In this document: in pieces, positions 1 through 11,171 of the stretch | Numbering within the stretch: position 1 is the first letter of the stretch | Layout: each line of letters starts with the position of its first letter | Translations under genes and position numbers: made by a program | Assembly (NCBI GenBank): GCA_963814955.1 | Contig: CAWFEX010000016.1 | Span: 75,498-139,497, forward strand | Origin: an uncultured Acidobacteriota bacterium | GTDB lineage: Bacteria; Acidobacteriota; Vicinamibacteria; Vicinamibacterales; UBA2999 | DNA length: 64,000 bases | Direction of reading: 5' to 3' | Notes under the pieces: generated by a model | What the model was told of the DNA's origin: nothing | The model's database searches: none | The model's input: the letters and a program-made list of their open reading frames with translations, nothing else

Positions 1-650
1 CCGACCATGGCCCAGGCATTCGGAACGCTGTTCACGGCCAGGTACAAGCGCGACACTTTCTTGATGTCGGGGTTGTTCCTCGTGTCGATCGTCATGCTGT
101 GGGCAGGATCCATCCTCGTTCCGACGGCAGCCAACCAGATGGCGAGGGCGGCTGGGAGCAGTGCAGCCGATGCGAATCTCATGGGCACGTATTCCGGGTA
201 CGTGCTGGCCGTCGGCACGATTATCGGGTGCGTTCTGGTGCCGTTCGTGGCTGAATCGCTCGGTCGCCGTCTCTCGATGGCGATCTTCCTGACGATCATG
301 GGACTCAGCTCGGCCATCGGTTTCGGATACCTGTTCTATCAGCGCCGGCAACCCGCTGCCGGCTTTCCTGGTTTGCGTCTTCTTCATGGGGCTTGGCGGC
401 GCGAACTTCGCCAACTACACCATCTGGCTGCCCGAGCTGTACACGACCGACTGTCGCGCCAGCGCGATCGGGTTCATCAGTTCGATCGGCCGATTTGCCG
501 GTGTCGGATTGACGTTCCTTGTCGCCTGGGGCATCAGGTCGTACGGCAGCATCGGGGTGCCGGTTGCAGTGGTGGCGATGGCGTTCGTGTTCGGCCTCAT
601 GCTGCTGCCGCTTCACGAAGGAGACGAAGGGGCACGTGCTGCCCGCCTAG
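1..650 (+). CDS. MFS transporter, 3' part (5'-truncated by window; frameshifted)
   Basis: ORFs 7..681 and 386..688 give multiple TM helices with MFS motifs AESLGRR and PELYTTDCRASAIG. The repaired C-terminus reads LLPFTKETKGHVLPA with TAG at 648-650. Confidence 0.85.
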
Positions 651-754
651 TGCAAGTGCGAAAGTGGAAAGTGCAAAGTGAAAAGTAAGTTGGCAAGTTA
701 GCTCGCGGTACTTTGAACTTACTTTGCACTTTCCACTTTGAACTTTGCACTTGC
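651..754. repeat. Inverted pair of heptamer arrays (G(C/G/A)AAAGT)n ... (ACTTTG(C/A))n
   Basis: 651-690 reads gcgaaagt ggaaagt gcaaagt gaaaagt; 710-752 is its reverse complement (actttgc actttcc actttga actttgc). Forms a long imperfect hairpin. Confidence 0.85.
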
Positions 755-756
755 CG

Positions 757-1567
757 ATGACGTCTCCTGTCCTCGAGCTTTCCAATGCCACTGTCGTCAA
801 GGGCGGACGTCCGGTCCTTGACGGCCTGAACCTGACCATCCGGGCCGACGAGCACACCGCCATCCTGGGTCCGAACGGCGCCGGCAAATCGGCGTTCGTC
901 AGGCTGCTGACGCACGAAGACCGGCCGCTCACCACAGACGCCGGATCGCCGATTCGCGTGTTCGGGCAGGACAACTGGGACGTCTTCGAGCTGCGATCGC
1001 AGCTCGGCATCGTGTCGTCGGACCTGCATCACCGCTTCGTCTTCGGCAACAACGAAGGGCGTGTCATGGCGGACGCCGCCGTGCTCTCCGGCTTCTTCGC
1101 GACGCAGGGGATTCTGCGCTACGGTGTCGTCACTCCGGAGATGCGACGCCGCGCGGCCGAGGCACTCGAACGCATGGGCGTGGCGCATCTGGCCCAGCGG
1201 CGGCTGCACGAGATGTCGAGCGGCGAAGCGCGTCGGGTGCTTCTGGCGCGCGCGCTCGTGACCGCGCCACGCGTGCTCGTGCTCGACGAGCCGACCACCG
1301 GCCTCGATCTGATCGCGCGGCATGCCTTCATGGAGCGTGTTCGTCACATCGCGCGCGAAGGCACGACGCTCATTCTGATCACTCATCACATCGAGGAGAT
1401 CGTGCCGGAAATCGCGCGCGTGGTCCTGCTGCGTGACGGCCGCATCCTCGACGTCGGGCCCCAAACAGGCGGTTCTTACCCCGGACCACCTCAGCACGCT
1501 CTTCGACGCCAAAGTCGCGGTGGATTCAGCGGACGGCTATTACTACGCGCGGCCGGGGGGAACGTAG
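757..1567 (+). CDS. ABC transporter ATP-binding protein (ModF/iron-complex-like), frameshift near 1460
   Basis: Walker A GPNGAGKS, signature MSSGE, Walker B VLVLDEP, H-loop ITHH. The repaired C-terminus ends at TAG 1565-1567. Confidence 0.9.
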
Positions 1568-1627
1568 GCTCTAGGCTCTAGGCTCTAGGCTCTAGGCTTT
1601 AGGCCATAGGCTATAGGCTATAGGTTT
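1565..1627 (+). repeat. Tandem heptamer array (TAGGCTN)x9
   Basis: taggctc x4, taggctt, taggcca, taggcta x2, taggttt. Confidence 0.95.
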
Positions 1628-1666
1628 CACGGTGCGCCATTTGCGGCAGTGCGACCGAAGGTACGC

Positions 1667-2059
1667 ATGGCGCGTGACCACCGGCGGCTCCGGGTATTCC
1701 ACGAGGCTCATCAGCTCGTCCTGGCGATCTATCGAGAAACACGAAACTTCCCGCGCGATGAGCAATTTGGAATCCGTGCGCAGATGCGGCGGGCGGCAGT
1801 GTCCGTCGCCACCAACATCGTTGAAGGAAGTGCACGGCTCCGAACCGGTGAGTACGTCAATTTCGTCAACATCGCTCGTGCATCGGCCTCGGAAATCACT
1901 TATCTCGTTCAGCTTGCAACAGAACTCGGCTATCTTTCACCCGGGGCCAGCCTGCTACTTCGAAGCAGGTGCGACAATCTCGTGCCGCAGCTGGAGTCAC
2001 TGGTTCAAAAGCTCGATCAGATTGCGAGAGCCGGGAAGGGACGCTACGAACGGAGATGA
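1667..2059 (+). CDS. Four helix bundle protein (23S rRNA IVS protein / bAvd-like family)
   Basis: Family pattern L.V...A..L...IY..T..FP.DE.FG...QMRRAAVSV..NI.EG..R.....Y..F..IARAS..E. Confidence 0.9.
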   Translation: MARDHRRLRVFHEAHQLVLAIYRETRNFPRDEQFGIRAQMRRAAVSVATNIVEGSARLRTGEYVNFVNIARASASEITYLVQLATELGYLSPGASLLLRSRCDNLVPQLESLVQKLDQIARAGKGRYERR

Positions 2060-3022
2060 CCACCCTAAAGCCTAAAGCCCACAGCCTAAAGCCTAAAGGC
2101 CCCCGCCCAAAGCCCGTGATCGGCATGATCGGCCTCGGCATCATGGGTTCGGCCATGGCCGCGAACATCGTGCGCGCGGCGTACAAAGTAATCGGCTACG
2201 ACGTCGACGCTGCGCGCGTGCGGGACCACGTCCGGGCCGGAGGCATCGCCGGGCATTCCGGCGCCGATGTCGGAAGACGTTCCGACGTTGTGATTTGTTC
2301 GCTGCCGTCGGCGTCGGCCTTGGCGCAGGTCGCTGCCGAGCTCGCCGGATCGGGCGGTGCGGACGTCGTGGTGGAAACGAGCACGCTGCCGCTCGCGGTC
2401 AAGGAAGAAGCGCGCAGCCGGCTGGCGCACGCCGGCGTCACGCTGCTCGACTGCCCGCTGAGCGGAACCGGCTCGCAGGCAAAGGTCCGAGACATCGTCG
2501 TGTATGCCAGCGGGCCTCGCGACCGCTATCAACAGGCGGCGCCGATCATGGACGCATTCGCCCGCGGGCACTACTACGTGGGCCCGTTCGGGGCCGGATC
2601 GAAGACGAAGTTCGTGGCCAACTTGCTGGTCGCCATTCACAACGTCGCCGCCGCCGAAGCCCTGGTGCTTGCGATGAAAGCCGGTCTCGATCCGGCCCTG
2701 ACGCTGAAGGTGATCGCCGACGGCGGCGGCAGTTCACGGATGCTGCAGGTGCGCGGACCGATGATGGTGCGAGGCGACTACTCCGAACCGACGATGAAGC
2801 TGGATGTCTGGCAGAAAGACATGACGGTAATCGCGGATTTTGCGCGGCAGGTCGGTTGCCCGACGCCACTTTTTGCGATCGACGGCGCCCATGTACCTCG
2901 CGGCAATGGCCGGCGGCCGCGAAGGGGAAGATACCGGCGCCGTGTGTGCCGTCCTGGAAGCGATGGCCGGCATCGAGCGTCGTCTGCCGTCGCGGAAACG
3001 CAGACGGACTCCAGGGGTCTGA
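2056..3022 (+). CDS. NAD(P)-dependent beta-hydroxyacid dehydrogenase (3-hydroxyisobutyrate dehydrogenase family), frameshift near 2880
   Basis: IGMIGLGIMGSAMA Rossmann motif, DCPLSG, catalytic KFVANLL and KDM motif. The C-terminus continues in ORF 2840..3022. Confidence 0.9.
2064..2112 (-). repeat. Heptamer array (CCTAAAG)n, inverted relative to 1565-1627
   Basis: cctaaag cctaaag cccacag cctaaag cctaaag gcccccg cccaaag; the reverse complement is a rotation of TAGGCTT. Confidence 0.85.
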
Positions 3023-3051
3023 CCCGGGGTCAGACCCGGGTCAGACCCCTG
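3012..3051. repeat. Palindromic GGGGTC(T/A)GACCCC REP-like cluster
   Basis: caggggtctgacccggggtcagacccgggtcagacccctg. Confidence 0.75.
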
Positions 3052-3209
3052 CTCCGAAGTTGACGGACGCTGGCCCAATCGCCTACTGTCCCGCAACAGC
3101 TGTCAAATCATCCCAAAGGTTGCTCGGGCGCCGTTTGAAAGAGCCTGACGGCCCACGGGACGTTTGTCCGAAAGTCGTGCCTCGGCATCGAGACCGGAGG
3201 AAATTGAAC

Positions 3210-6189
3210 ATGACTGGCAGGGTTCTCAGGCGGGCATTCCTGTTCCTGGCATTTCTCGCGCTGCCCGTGCTCGGGCATGCGCAGGAGGCGGTGCTGACCG
3301 GCACCGTGACCGATTCAACCGGCGGCGTTCTGCCGGGCGTTACCGTTATCGCCGTGCACGAAGCCACGGGAAACCGCTTCGAAGCCATTACCGACGCCAC
3401 CGGCAACTACCGCATTCCCGTGCGTGTTGGCGCTCATACGATCACCGCCGAACTGCAGGGTTTCACGACCGTGACGCGCCCTGGTATTCAGCTGCTGGTC
3501 GGGCAGACCGCGGCCATAAATCTCCAGATGGCGCCGTCGACTGTACAGGAAACGGTGACAGTGACCGCCGAAGCGCCGATCCTCAACGTGGCGACATCGA
3601 GCCTCGGCGGCAACGTCGACCCCACGCAGGTACGGGAGCTCCCGGCCGAAGGTCGCAACTGGATGGCGCTGGCGCTCCTCGCGCCGGGCAGCCGCACGGC
3701 AGCGGTTAATGTCACCTCCGTGCTGCCGGATAGAAATGGTGGTGAGGTCCGCGAGTACCAGACCAACCTCGACGGCATGCAGGTGACCAACAGCCTTGGC
3801 GGCGGCGGCCAGCCGGCCTTCAGCGGGGAGATGATCGCCGAGTTCCAGTTCATCTCGAATCGCTTCGACGCCACGCAGGGAAGGTCGCAGGGCGTTCAGG
3901 TCAACGTGATCACGAAGTCGGGGACGAACCAGCTCGCCGGTTCGTTTCGCGCCAACTTCCGCGACGATCGGTTCAATGCCGAGGACCGCGCGGTTGGTCG
4001 CCGAGTGCCGATTTCCAATCAGCAGTACGCCGGATCCGCCGGTGGTCCGCTGATTCGTGACCGGCTGCATTACTTCGGGTTCTACGAGTACGAGCGCGAG
4101 CCGCGCACCAGCATCTGGAATACACCCTACCCGCGATTCAACGTCGCGCTGCAGGGAACTGCCACGAGGAAGCTGGGTGGCGGCCGCCTCGATTATCAGT
4201 TCTCGCCGCAGACGCGCTTGATGCTCAAAGGCAACCTGACGAAGACGTGGGAGCCGTTTGGTCCGGGCAGCAATAACAATCACCCGGCGAACACCGCGTC
4301 GACCGCCGAGACTCAGAACACGACGCAGGCGCAGCTCACGCAGGTGCTGTCGAACACGATGCTGAACGAAGTTCGTGTGGCCTGGGCCGGATACATCTTC
4401 ACGAACGCGAACCTCACCCACTGGTCCAATCACTGGGCGGCCGTCAACGGGCCGTACGGCCCCGTCACTGTCGGGTCGCCGCGGATACAGTTCACCGGGT
4501 TCAACATCACGGGCAACAACGGCTATCCACGGCATCGCAGCCAGGATCTGTACAGCGTGCAGGACAGCCTGACGTTGTCGTACAACGCACGCGGCCGGCA
4601 TGACATGAAGGCCGGCGGTGAGTTCCTCCTGCATCATGAGATGAGCGCGAACTGCACCAATTGCATGGGGAACATCGACGCGCGCGGCGGCGCCATCTCG
4701 TCGCTGCCGATTCCAATCGAAGACATCTTCCCGGATGCGTTCAACGTCGACACCTGGAACCTGGCCGCGATCTCGCCGCTCGTCCGGACCTACCGGCTCG
4801 GTGTCCACAAAGGTCGCCGCGACGATGTCGATCTGCCGTATTACGCGGCGTGGCTGCAGGACGACTGGAAAGTGACGAGCAAGCTGACGCTGAATCTCGG
4901 CGTGCGCTACGACCTGACAATCGACTCGTTCGCACAATACGGGGAGTTTCTGCCCTTCATGGAGAAGGGGCGGCCGCAGGATGCCGACAACATCCAGCCG
5001 AGGCTTGGCTTTGCCTATCAGTGGAACGATCGCACGGTCATCCGTGGCGGCTCTGGCAAGTATTTCGCCGAAGTGATCACGCCTGTTGTGTTATACGCGC
5101 TTGAGCCGGCCACGATCGCCGTGCTCGAGGTAGCCAACGACGGTCGGCCGGACTTCGCGCTGAACCCGTTCAATGGCCCGCCACCTACCTTCGAGCAGGC
5201 GGTGACGCGCTTCTGTTCGGCGCCGGAGCAGGCCGCCAACTTCGCGGCATGGCGCGCCAGGAATTTCGCGGGTAACCCGCCGTGCGTGCTCCGGGGCGCC
5301 GGGGAGATGGCACCGCCGGAGCAGTACGCGCACGTACCCCACACGTGGCAGACGTCCATCGGCGTGCAGCGACAGATCGGGAATTCAATGTCGGTTGAGG
5401 CAGACTACGTGTACTCCCGTGGTCGCGACGAAAAGTTCATCCAGGAGAACGTCAACCTCACTTGGACCAATGCCAGCGGCATTGGTCTGAACAACCCCTA
5501 CCCTTCGACCGCGGCTCTTGCGGCAAACCGCGCGCTGCTGGCGTATCCGGAGTTCGGCATTGTGGCAATGACGCCGTTCACGGGACGTTCCGCCTATCAT
5601 GCGCTGCAGACCGCCTTCAACAAGCGCATGAGCAACCGCTGGCAGGCCGGTGCGACCTATACGTTGGGAGGTCTGTGGAGCTCGGAAGGGCAACCGCTGG
5701 GTGGTGTGCCGGGATCGGTGCCACAGGAGGTTCCGTTCACGATCGCCGAAGATCTCGGAGGACCGACCGGCTGGACGTACGCTCAGAGCGATCAGCGCCA
5801 CCGCGCCGTTTTCAACGGCATCTGGCAAGTGGGCCGTGGCTTCCAGGTGAGCGGAGTGCACTACTTCGGCGCCGGCAATCGCGCGGCGGGCAGCTACGGC
5901 GGCGATCGGCGCAACCTCGGGGCTGGCGGTGAACTGCGCCTGCGTCCGGATGGCACGATCGTACCGAGGAACGCATTCATTCAGCCGGCACAGAATCGAA
6001 CGGGCGTTCGCATTCAGCAGCGGGTGCCGCTCGCGCGCGGCGCATCGGTGGACCTCATTGCCGAGGCGTTCAACGTCTTCAACCGCCCGAACTGGACGCT
6101 GGAGACGCAGGAGAGCAGCGCCGACTACAACGAGCGCGTCGCTGCACAGGTACCGGACGGCGCAGTTCGGATTCAGAGTGACGTTCTAG
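3210..6189 (+). CDS. Oar-like TonB-dependent receptor (carboxypeptidase-regulatory-like N-domain + beta-barrel), frameshift near the C-terminus
   Basis: Signal peptide, GTVTDSTGGVLPGVTV, LTLNLGVRYD, PRLGFAY. The terminal FGFRVTF* lies in the alternative frame. RBS GGAGG upstream. Confidence 0.9.
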
Positions 6190-6195
6190 GGTAGA

Positions 6196-6293
6196 CGCGC
6201 AGGCTGAAGCCTGCGCTCTACAATGCGGCTGGTCGCGCAGGCTGAAGCCTGCGCTCTACAATCACTTGTAGCGCGGGGGCTTCAGCCCCCGCG
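6196..6293. repeat. GTAG-type REP cluster (GTAGAGCGCAGGCTTCAGCCTGCG family), 3 copies
   Basis: cgcgcaggctgaagcctgcgctctac twice plus an inverted gtagcgcgggggcttcagcccccgcg. Confidence 0.85.
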
Positions 6294-6302
6294 TTGATTT
6301 CC

Positions 6303-7699
6303 ATGAAGATCCTCCGTGGCGCTCTGTGCGGGGCGATGCTCATTGCGTTGCACCAAGCCGGAACGGGCGTGGGTTTCCCCGCCCAGGCGCTCAAGCGTTC
6401 TACCCCCTACGCCGACGCCAAGCCGATCTTCGATGCTCTCCGCCCCGAGCTTCTCCCAGCGGAGCTGCGAGACGCCGCCGATCGTGAGATGCGCTGGGCC
6501 GAATGGATTGCCCGCCACGATCAGGCGATTCGCGCGCGGGTTGCCGGCGGCGACGAAGATTCAATCGTTCATCTGCTGCTGTTCGGGACCTCCTTCACGA
6601 AGGCGCCGCGGGCATCCGAGCGCGACCTCGCAGGACTGGTCTCGGCGCCCGAGACCGCGCTTCGCGCACTTCGTCCTCGCATAGACGACTTCGCCGCGGC
6701 TGTCGCGTCGCCGGGTACGAACGATCGCATGCAGTTTGCCCGGCGGGTCGTCGAACGCAAGGGGATCGACCCGCTCACCGAAACCGGCAAGACCGAGCTT
6801 CGCCGGTATCTCGAACAACGAACGCAGGTTGTCGGCGGCTCGATTCAGTCGTCAAGAGTCCTGGATCCGGCGACCGGCGTTTCCGACAAGCTGACCGTAT
6901 TCCGCGAGCGCGGGCTCTCGACCGATACGTCGGTGTTCATCGACTTCGGCATTGAACAGGCGCTCGAAGCCATGAAGGTTGCGGGAGCCTTGCGGGCAGG
7001 GTCGGTTCGCCGCGTGGCGATTGTCGGCCCCGGTCTCGACTTCACCGACAAGCTCGAAGGCTACGACTTCTATCCGGAACAGACCATTCAGCCGTTCGCG
7101 CTGATTGACTCGCTGCTTCGATTGGAGCTGTCGTCGCAGCCGGATTTGAACGTGGAGGCGTTCGATGTCAGTCCCAGAGTCGTCGAGCACCTCGATGCCG
7201 CCCGTTCGCGAGCACGTGCGGGCGCCGCGTACCGGTCGTGCTGCCCCGAAATACCGACCGGCCATGGAATGCCGATCTCCTGGACTACTGGCAGCGCTTT
7301 GGAAACTGGGTGGGCGAGAGCGCCAAAGTGGCTGCGCCGCCTGCGAGCGCCGGGGCCGTCGACGTCCGCGGTATCTCGATCCGTCCGGCGGTGGCGCTGT
7401 CTCTCACGTCGGCCGATTTGAATGTCGTCACGGAGCGGTTGAACCGATCGACGGACGAGCTGTTCGACGTCGTCGTTGCCACCAACGTCCTGCTGTATTA
7501 CGACGTGTTCGAGCAGTCGCTCGCGGCCGCGAACATTGCCGCCATGCTGCGCCCTGGTGGGTTTCTTCTCACCAACAACCGCATCTTCGAGCTGCCCGAC
7601 AGTCCGCTGAGCGGCGTCGGTTACACCGACGTTGTTTACATGTCGCTCCCGGGCATCGGTGATGCAGGCGATCGAGTTGTCTGGTATCAGAAGCAGTGA
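6303..7699 (+). CDS. Secreted protein with a C-terminal class I SAM-methyltransferase-like fold, frameshift near 7235
   Basis: Hydrophobic N-terminal signal; VAIVGPGLDF, AFDVSPRV, FDVVVATNVLLYY, LRPGGFLL. Confidence 0.7.
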
Positions 7700-7729
7700 T
7701 CGTACGGATCGTTCCATGAATCGTCTCAT

Positions 7730-8866
7730 TCATCGGAAGATCCGGTACACCGCGCGGAGTGGCGCAGTCACTCGCCAGCTTGCCGACTTGCGCAAGGCGT
7801 CAGCGTGCGCCTGTGCGGCGGACAGTTCCTGGCGAAGCACGCCAGCTTCTCGTTCGAGCGCCTCGATCCGGTGCTGAAGTCCGTCACGCACTGCTTCGAG
7901 TCCTGCGGTATGTTCACGCAGAGCGCGCTGCTCCCGCTCGACACGATCAAGCTCCCGCTCGAGACGATCAATCTGTGTCCGTAAGCTCTCGTGGATCCGA
8001 TCCCGGACGTCTCCGAGCACTAACGTATTCCGGTCGAACTCGGCCCGGATCGCATCGAGCGCGCCAAATGCCTGCGCCGTCCGGCTGGGGTCACGGTCGT
8101 GCAGCCATCCCAGCGCAGTCCATGCCCTCCGCGTCCAATCCGACAGGACAGGGGAAACACCTGCGATGTCAGGATCACCATGGTGGTGACAGAGCCGGTG
8201 GCTGACGAATCGATCGATCTCGGCGTCGTCGACGACCGATCTGGTTGGCCACGGTGACTGGAGATCCTGGGAGAACCGTTCCGCGACTGTCGTCCAGTTC
8301 TCGAGCAGTTCCTGGTACCGCACGAAGGTTCGTCTGACAGCACGGGTATCATGCTCGGCGTCCAGTACATGCCGGAGCCAAATGAGGAGCGAGAGGTCCG
8401 GCTCGAAGCCGTTTCTCGCGGCGAGTGACCGTGCAACATCGGCTGGGCTCCGCAACACCAGGATGGCCGCAGGCGCGATACGCTCCGCCTCCAAGGTCTG
8501 GAGCCAGAACGGCACGAAGCGGCACATCCGGGGATCCTTCAGTACGAATCGGGGCGCGTCTCCAAATTCGGCGTGGAGCGCCCCGCGGCATTCGTTGCTC
8601 AAATCGTCCGGCATCGCCAACCGGAGCCGTTCCGGCTCCAGCCGTGTGAACGCGTCCCAGCGGCTGCCGGCGGCGCGAAGCACCCGCTCATGAAGTTCGT
8701 AGAAGACCGCCGACTCGCAATAACCAGCCGGATTGTCAGGATCCGCCGGCAGCAGTGTCTTGGGACCCTGGGCACCCAGCCGAACGAGCAGGCCTGCGAC
8801 AGCCGACGTGCCACCTCTGTGCATGCCGAGGACGAGGAGGGCTTCGCGGTTCACAGCACGACACAT
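7730..8866 (-). CDS. Sulfotransferase family protein with C-terminal coiled coil
   Basis: PAPS-binding LVLGMHRGGTS, KDPR, LRSPADVARSL; C-terminal heptads ending SASWRVTAPLR. Confidence 0.8.
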   Translation of the reverse strand: MCRAVNREALLVLGMHRGGTSAVAGLLVRLGAQGPKTLLPADPDNPAGYCESAVFYELHERVLRAAGSRWDAFTRLEPERLRLAMPDDLSNECRGALHAEFGDAPRFVLKDPRMCRFVPFWLQTLEAERIAPAAILVLRSPADVARSLAARNGFEPDLSLLIWLRHVLDAEHDTRAVRRTFVRYQELLENWTTVAERFSQDLQSPWPTRSVVDDAEIDRFVSHRLCHHHGDPDIAGVSPVLSDWTRRAWTALGWLHDRDPSRTAQAFGALDAIRAEFDRNTLVLGDVRDRIHESLRTQIDRLERELDRVEREQRALREHTAGLEAVRDGLQHRIEALEREAGVLRQELSAAQAHADALRKSASWRVTAPLRAVYRIFR

Positions 8867-8968
8867 CCCGTCAGCAGCATCGCAGACCGACCGAACGAGC
8901 GGAACACGCGACGACCTCGGCGTAGAATGTCGTGCGGTGCGGCCTCGCCATGTAGTCACCGGCGCGAC

Positions 8969-10153
8969 GTGACGAAATCATCAGATAGCGAGAGGCATCT
9001 GAAACTGGACCCCGAGCCCACGAAAGAACGCGTCGATCGAATCCATGTTCTCCGGCCTTTGCTGCCCGACGCTGGGCGCCTCTTATCTTATCTTCGGAGG
9101 ATCGACGCCAGCCGGACGTACACGAACTGGGGACCGCTCGCATCAGAGCTCGAAACCAGACTGGCCGCTCACTTTGGTGTTCCATCCGGGTGTGTGACCT
9201 CGGCGGCCTCTGGTACGGGAGCACTTATCGGCGCGATTCTCGCCACAGCGGGAAGAGCCGCTGTGGATCGTCAGCGGGCCATCGTCCCAGCGTTCACCTT
9301 CGTAGCTACCCCGCTCGCGGTGGAACAGTGTGGCTTCCGTCCGCACTTGGTGGACGTCGACGCCGACACCTGGCGTTTGCAGGCGGATGCGATCAGCCAT
9401 CATTCGCTCTTGAATCAGGTGGGCCTCGTCGTCCCCGTGGCGACGTTCGGCCGGCCGGTCCCTCAAGCGCCATGGGTGGACTTCCAGCGTAGAACGGGCA
9501 TCGCGGTCGTCATCGACGGGGGCGCGAGCTTCGAAGCGGTTGGCGCCGATCCAGCGCGATTCCTTGGCGAGATTCCCGTCGCTTTGAGCTTCCACGCCAC
9601 GAAGAGCTTCGCGACGGCGGAAGGCGGTTGCGTCATCACGACGGACAGCGAATTGTCCACGTCCGTGAACCGGGCGCTCAACTTCGGGTTCTTCGAAGCT
9701 CGCGAGTGTCGCGCGGCGAGCACCAACGGCAAGATGTCGGAGTACCACGCAGCGGTGGGTTTGGCCGAGCTCGACGGCTGGCTGGCGAAGCGCGCGACAT
9801 TGAGGGAAGTGGCCGACGCATATCGCCGGCAAGTGGGGGCGGTCGGTTTCGGCGATCGTCTGCTGGTCTCTCCGGACGTGGCCAGCTGCTACGTTCTGTT
9901 CCGAGGCGCGCACCCCGCTGAAGCCACTGCCATCTTGCGTAGATTAGAGGCATCGAATATCGAAACGCGCCTCTGGTATGGTCATGGCCTGCATCGACAT
10001 CCGTACTACAGTGATGTGGCACGGGACGACCTTCCGGTGACCGATCGGATCGCGCCGCTCACAATCGGCCTGCCGGTCGCCCCCGACCTGCCGGAGGCGT
10101 GCATCCGCCGCCTGGTGGCCGCGCTCGCGCCGGGTGTCCGTGGGCACTGCTGA
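8969..10153 (+). CDS. DegT/DnrJ/EryC1/StrS sugar aminotransferase
   Basis: SGTGAL, VPAFTFVAT, PLP-lysine motif SFHATK.F..AEGG, NGKMSEYHAAVG. Start position is approximate. Confidence 0.9.
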   Translation: MTKSSDSERHLKLDPEPTKERVDRIHVLRPLLPDAGRLLSYLRRIDASRTYTNWGPLASELETRLAAHFGVPSGCVTSAASGTGALIGAILATAGRAAVDRQRAIVPAFTFVATPLAVEQCGFRPHLVDVDADTWRLQADAISHHSLLNQVGLVVPVATFGRPVPQAPWVDFQRRTGIAVVIDGGASFEAVGADPARFLGEIPVALSFHATKSFATAEGGCVITTDSELSTSVNRALNFGFFEARECRAASTNGKMSEYHAAVGLAELDGWLAKRATLREVADAYRRQVGAVGFGDRLLVSPDVASCYVLFRGAHPAEATAILRRLEASNIETRLWYGHGLHRHPYYSDVARDDLPVTDRIAPLTIGLPVAPDLPEACIRRLVAALAPGVRGHC

Positions 10154-10224
10154 CGCCGGACTTGGCGTCGGCGATTCCGAAGAATGAATTCCCACACGAC
10201 ATCCACGGTCGTCGGACATCTCCA

Positions 10225-11171
10225 ATGAGACAAGTGGCCGTGCTCGTCGCCGCCAGTCCAACGAGAGCCTTCTACTCGCAGGTCGCAGCCCTCAGGCTGG
10301 CACTGCACCGACTTCGCTGGTCGCGATGGCAGCCCAGCGTGCACTTATACGTCGGCGGGTCGTACAGACCCGGCGGCCCTCGAAGAGTGGCTGCCACATC
10401 TGGGCGGCGTCCAGATCCATTGGACTCCGGCAGCGCGTTTTGCTCTCGATGGCGATTGGGCCCAGTCCGACGACGTCTTCATGTCGGCTCCGCCGGACGC
10501 TGATGTACTGCTGGCCATGGACGCCGATACCCTACCCGTTGACGTCTTGGAACCAGTCCTGGACGACGTGTGGGAAAGCGGCGCCGTTGCCGGCGTCATC
10601 GCCCACTATCCCCCCTTCCCCCAGGCGGTGGGCCCGGGAGGGGACGCGTCGCTCCGCGAGGCGTGGCGACACCTTGCGAAGGGGCTGCTCGATACACCGC
10701 TTGACTTCTCTTACTGTCACACGCTGATCGGCTCCGAGGTCCAGCACGAACAAAGAGTGGCACCCTTTTATCTCAACTTCGGCGTCGTGTTCTTTCCGCG
10801 AGACGCGTTTCATTCCATCGCACCGCCGTACCTTGGCGATCAGGCCGCAACTGATGCAACGGATGTCATCGCCGGATTTCTCCGGTCAAGCGGCGTTGAC
10901 ACTCGCAATCGCCTCGGAAAAGGCGAACACGGTGGCGTTGCCGATGCGATACAACTTCCCCAACGATCCAATCGCCGAGCAGATGTATCCGGCGGAACTT
11001 GACCGCGCCGTGGTGTTTCATTACCTGCGCACCGACACGTTCGATCGCCATCAGATCTTTGTCACCACAGAGCAGTACCAGAGGTTTCTCGCGCTTCACC
11101 TCCAAGGAGTCAATCGACGATTCCAGGAGGCAGTCCGGACAATCATCGGCGAGCGCTATCCCTTCGCTTGA
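10225..11171 (+). CDS. Putative GT-A glycosyltransferase-like protein (2 frameshifts)
   Basis: Joined from ORFs 10099, 10481 and 10833: DxD motif MDADT, YLNFGVV, QAAL..A, LPMRYNFP, VFHY, resembling GT8-type motifs. Confidence 0.5.

Noticed and set aside
1667-2059. Diversity-generating retroelement (Avd) or 23S rRNA intervening sequence
   Set aside because: No reverse transcriptase, no TR/VR pair with adenine-specific mismatches, and no rRNA flanks in the window.
2295-3209. 300-aa N-terminal extension of the 1299-aa ORF (likewise the 8573, 36886 and 50371 extensions)
   Set aside because: It overlaps the dehydrogenase out of frame. The RBS and signal peptide place the start at 3210; long open frames are common at high GC.
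3315-4937. Long antisense ORFs (e.g. 3315..4937, 37234..38709, 58618..60018, 62339..62605)
   Set aside because: Shadow frames of well-supported genes with no recognisable motifs.
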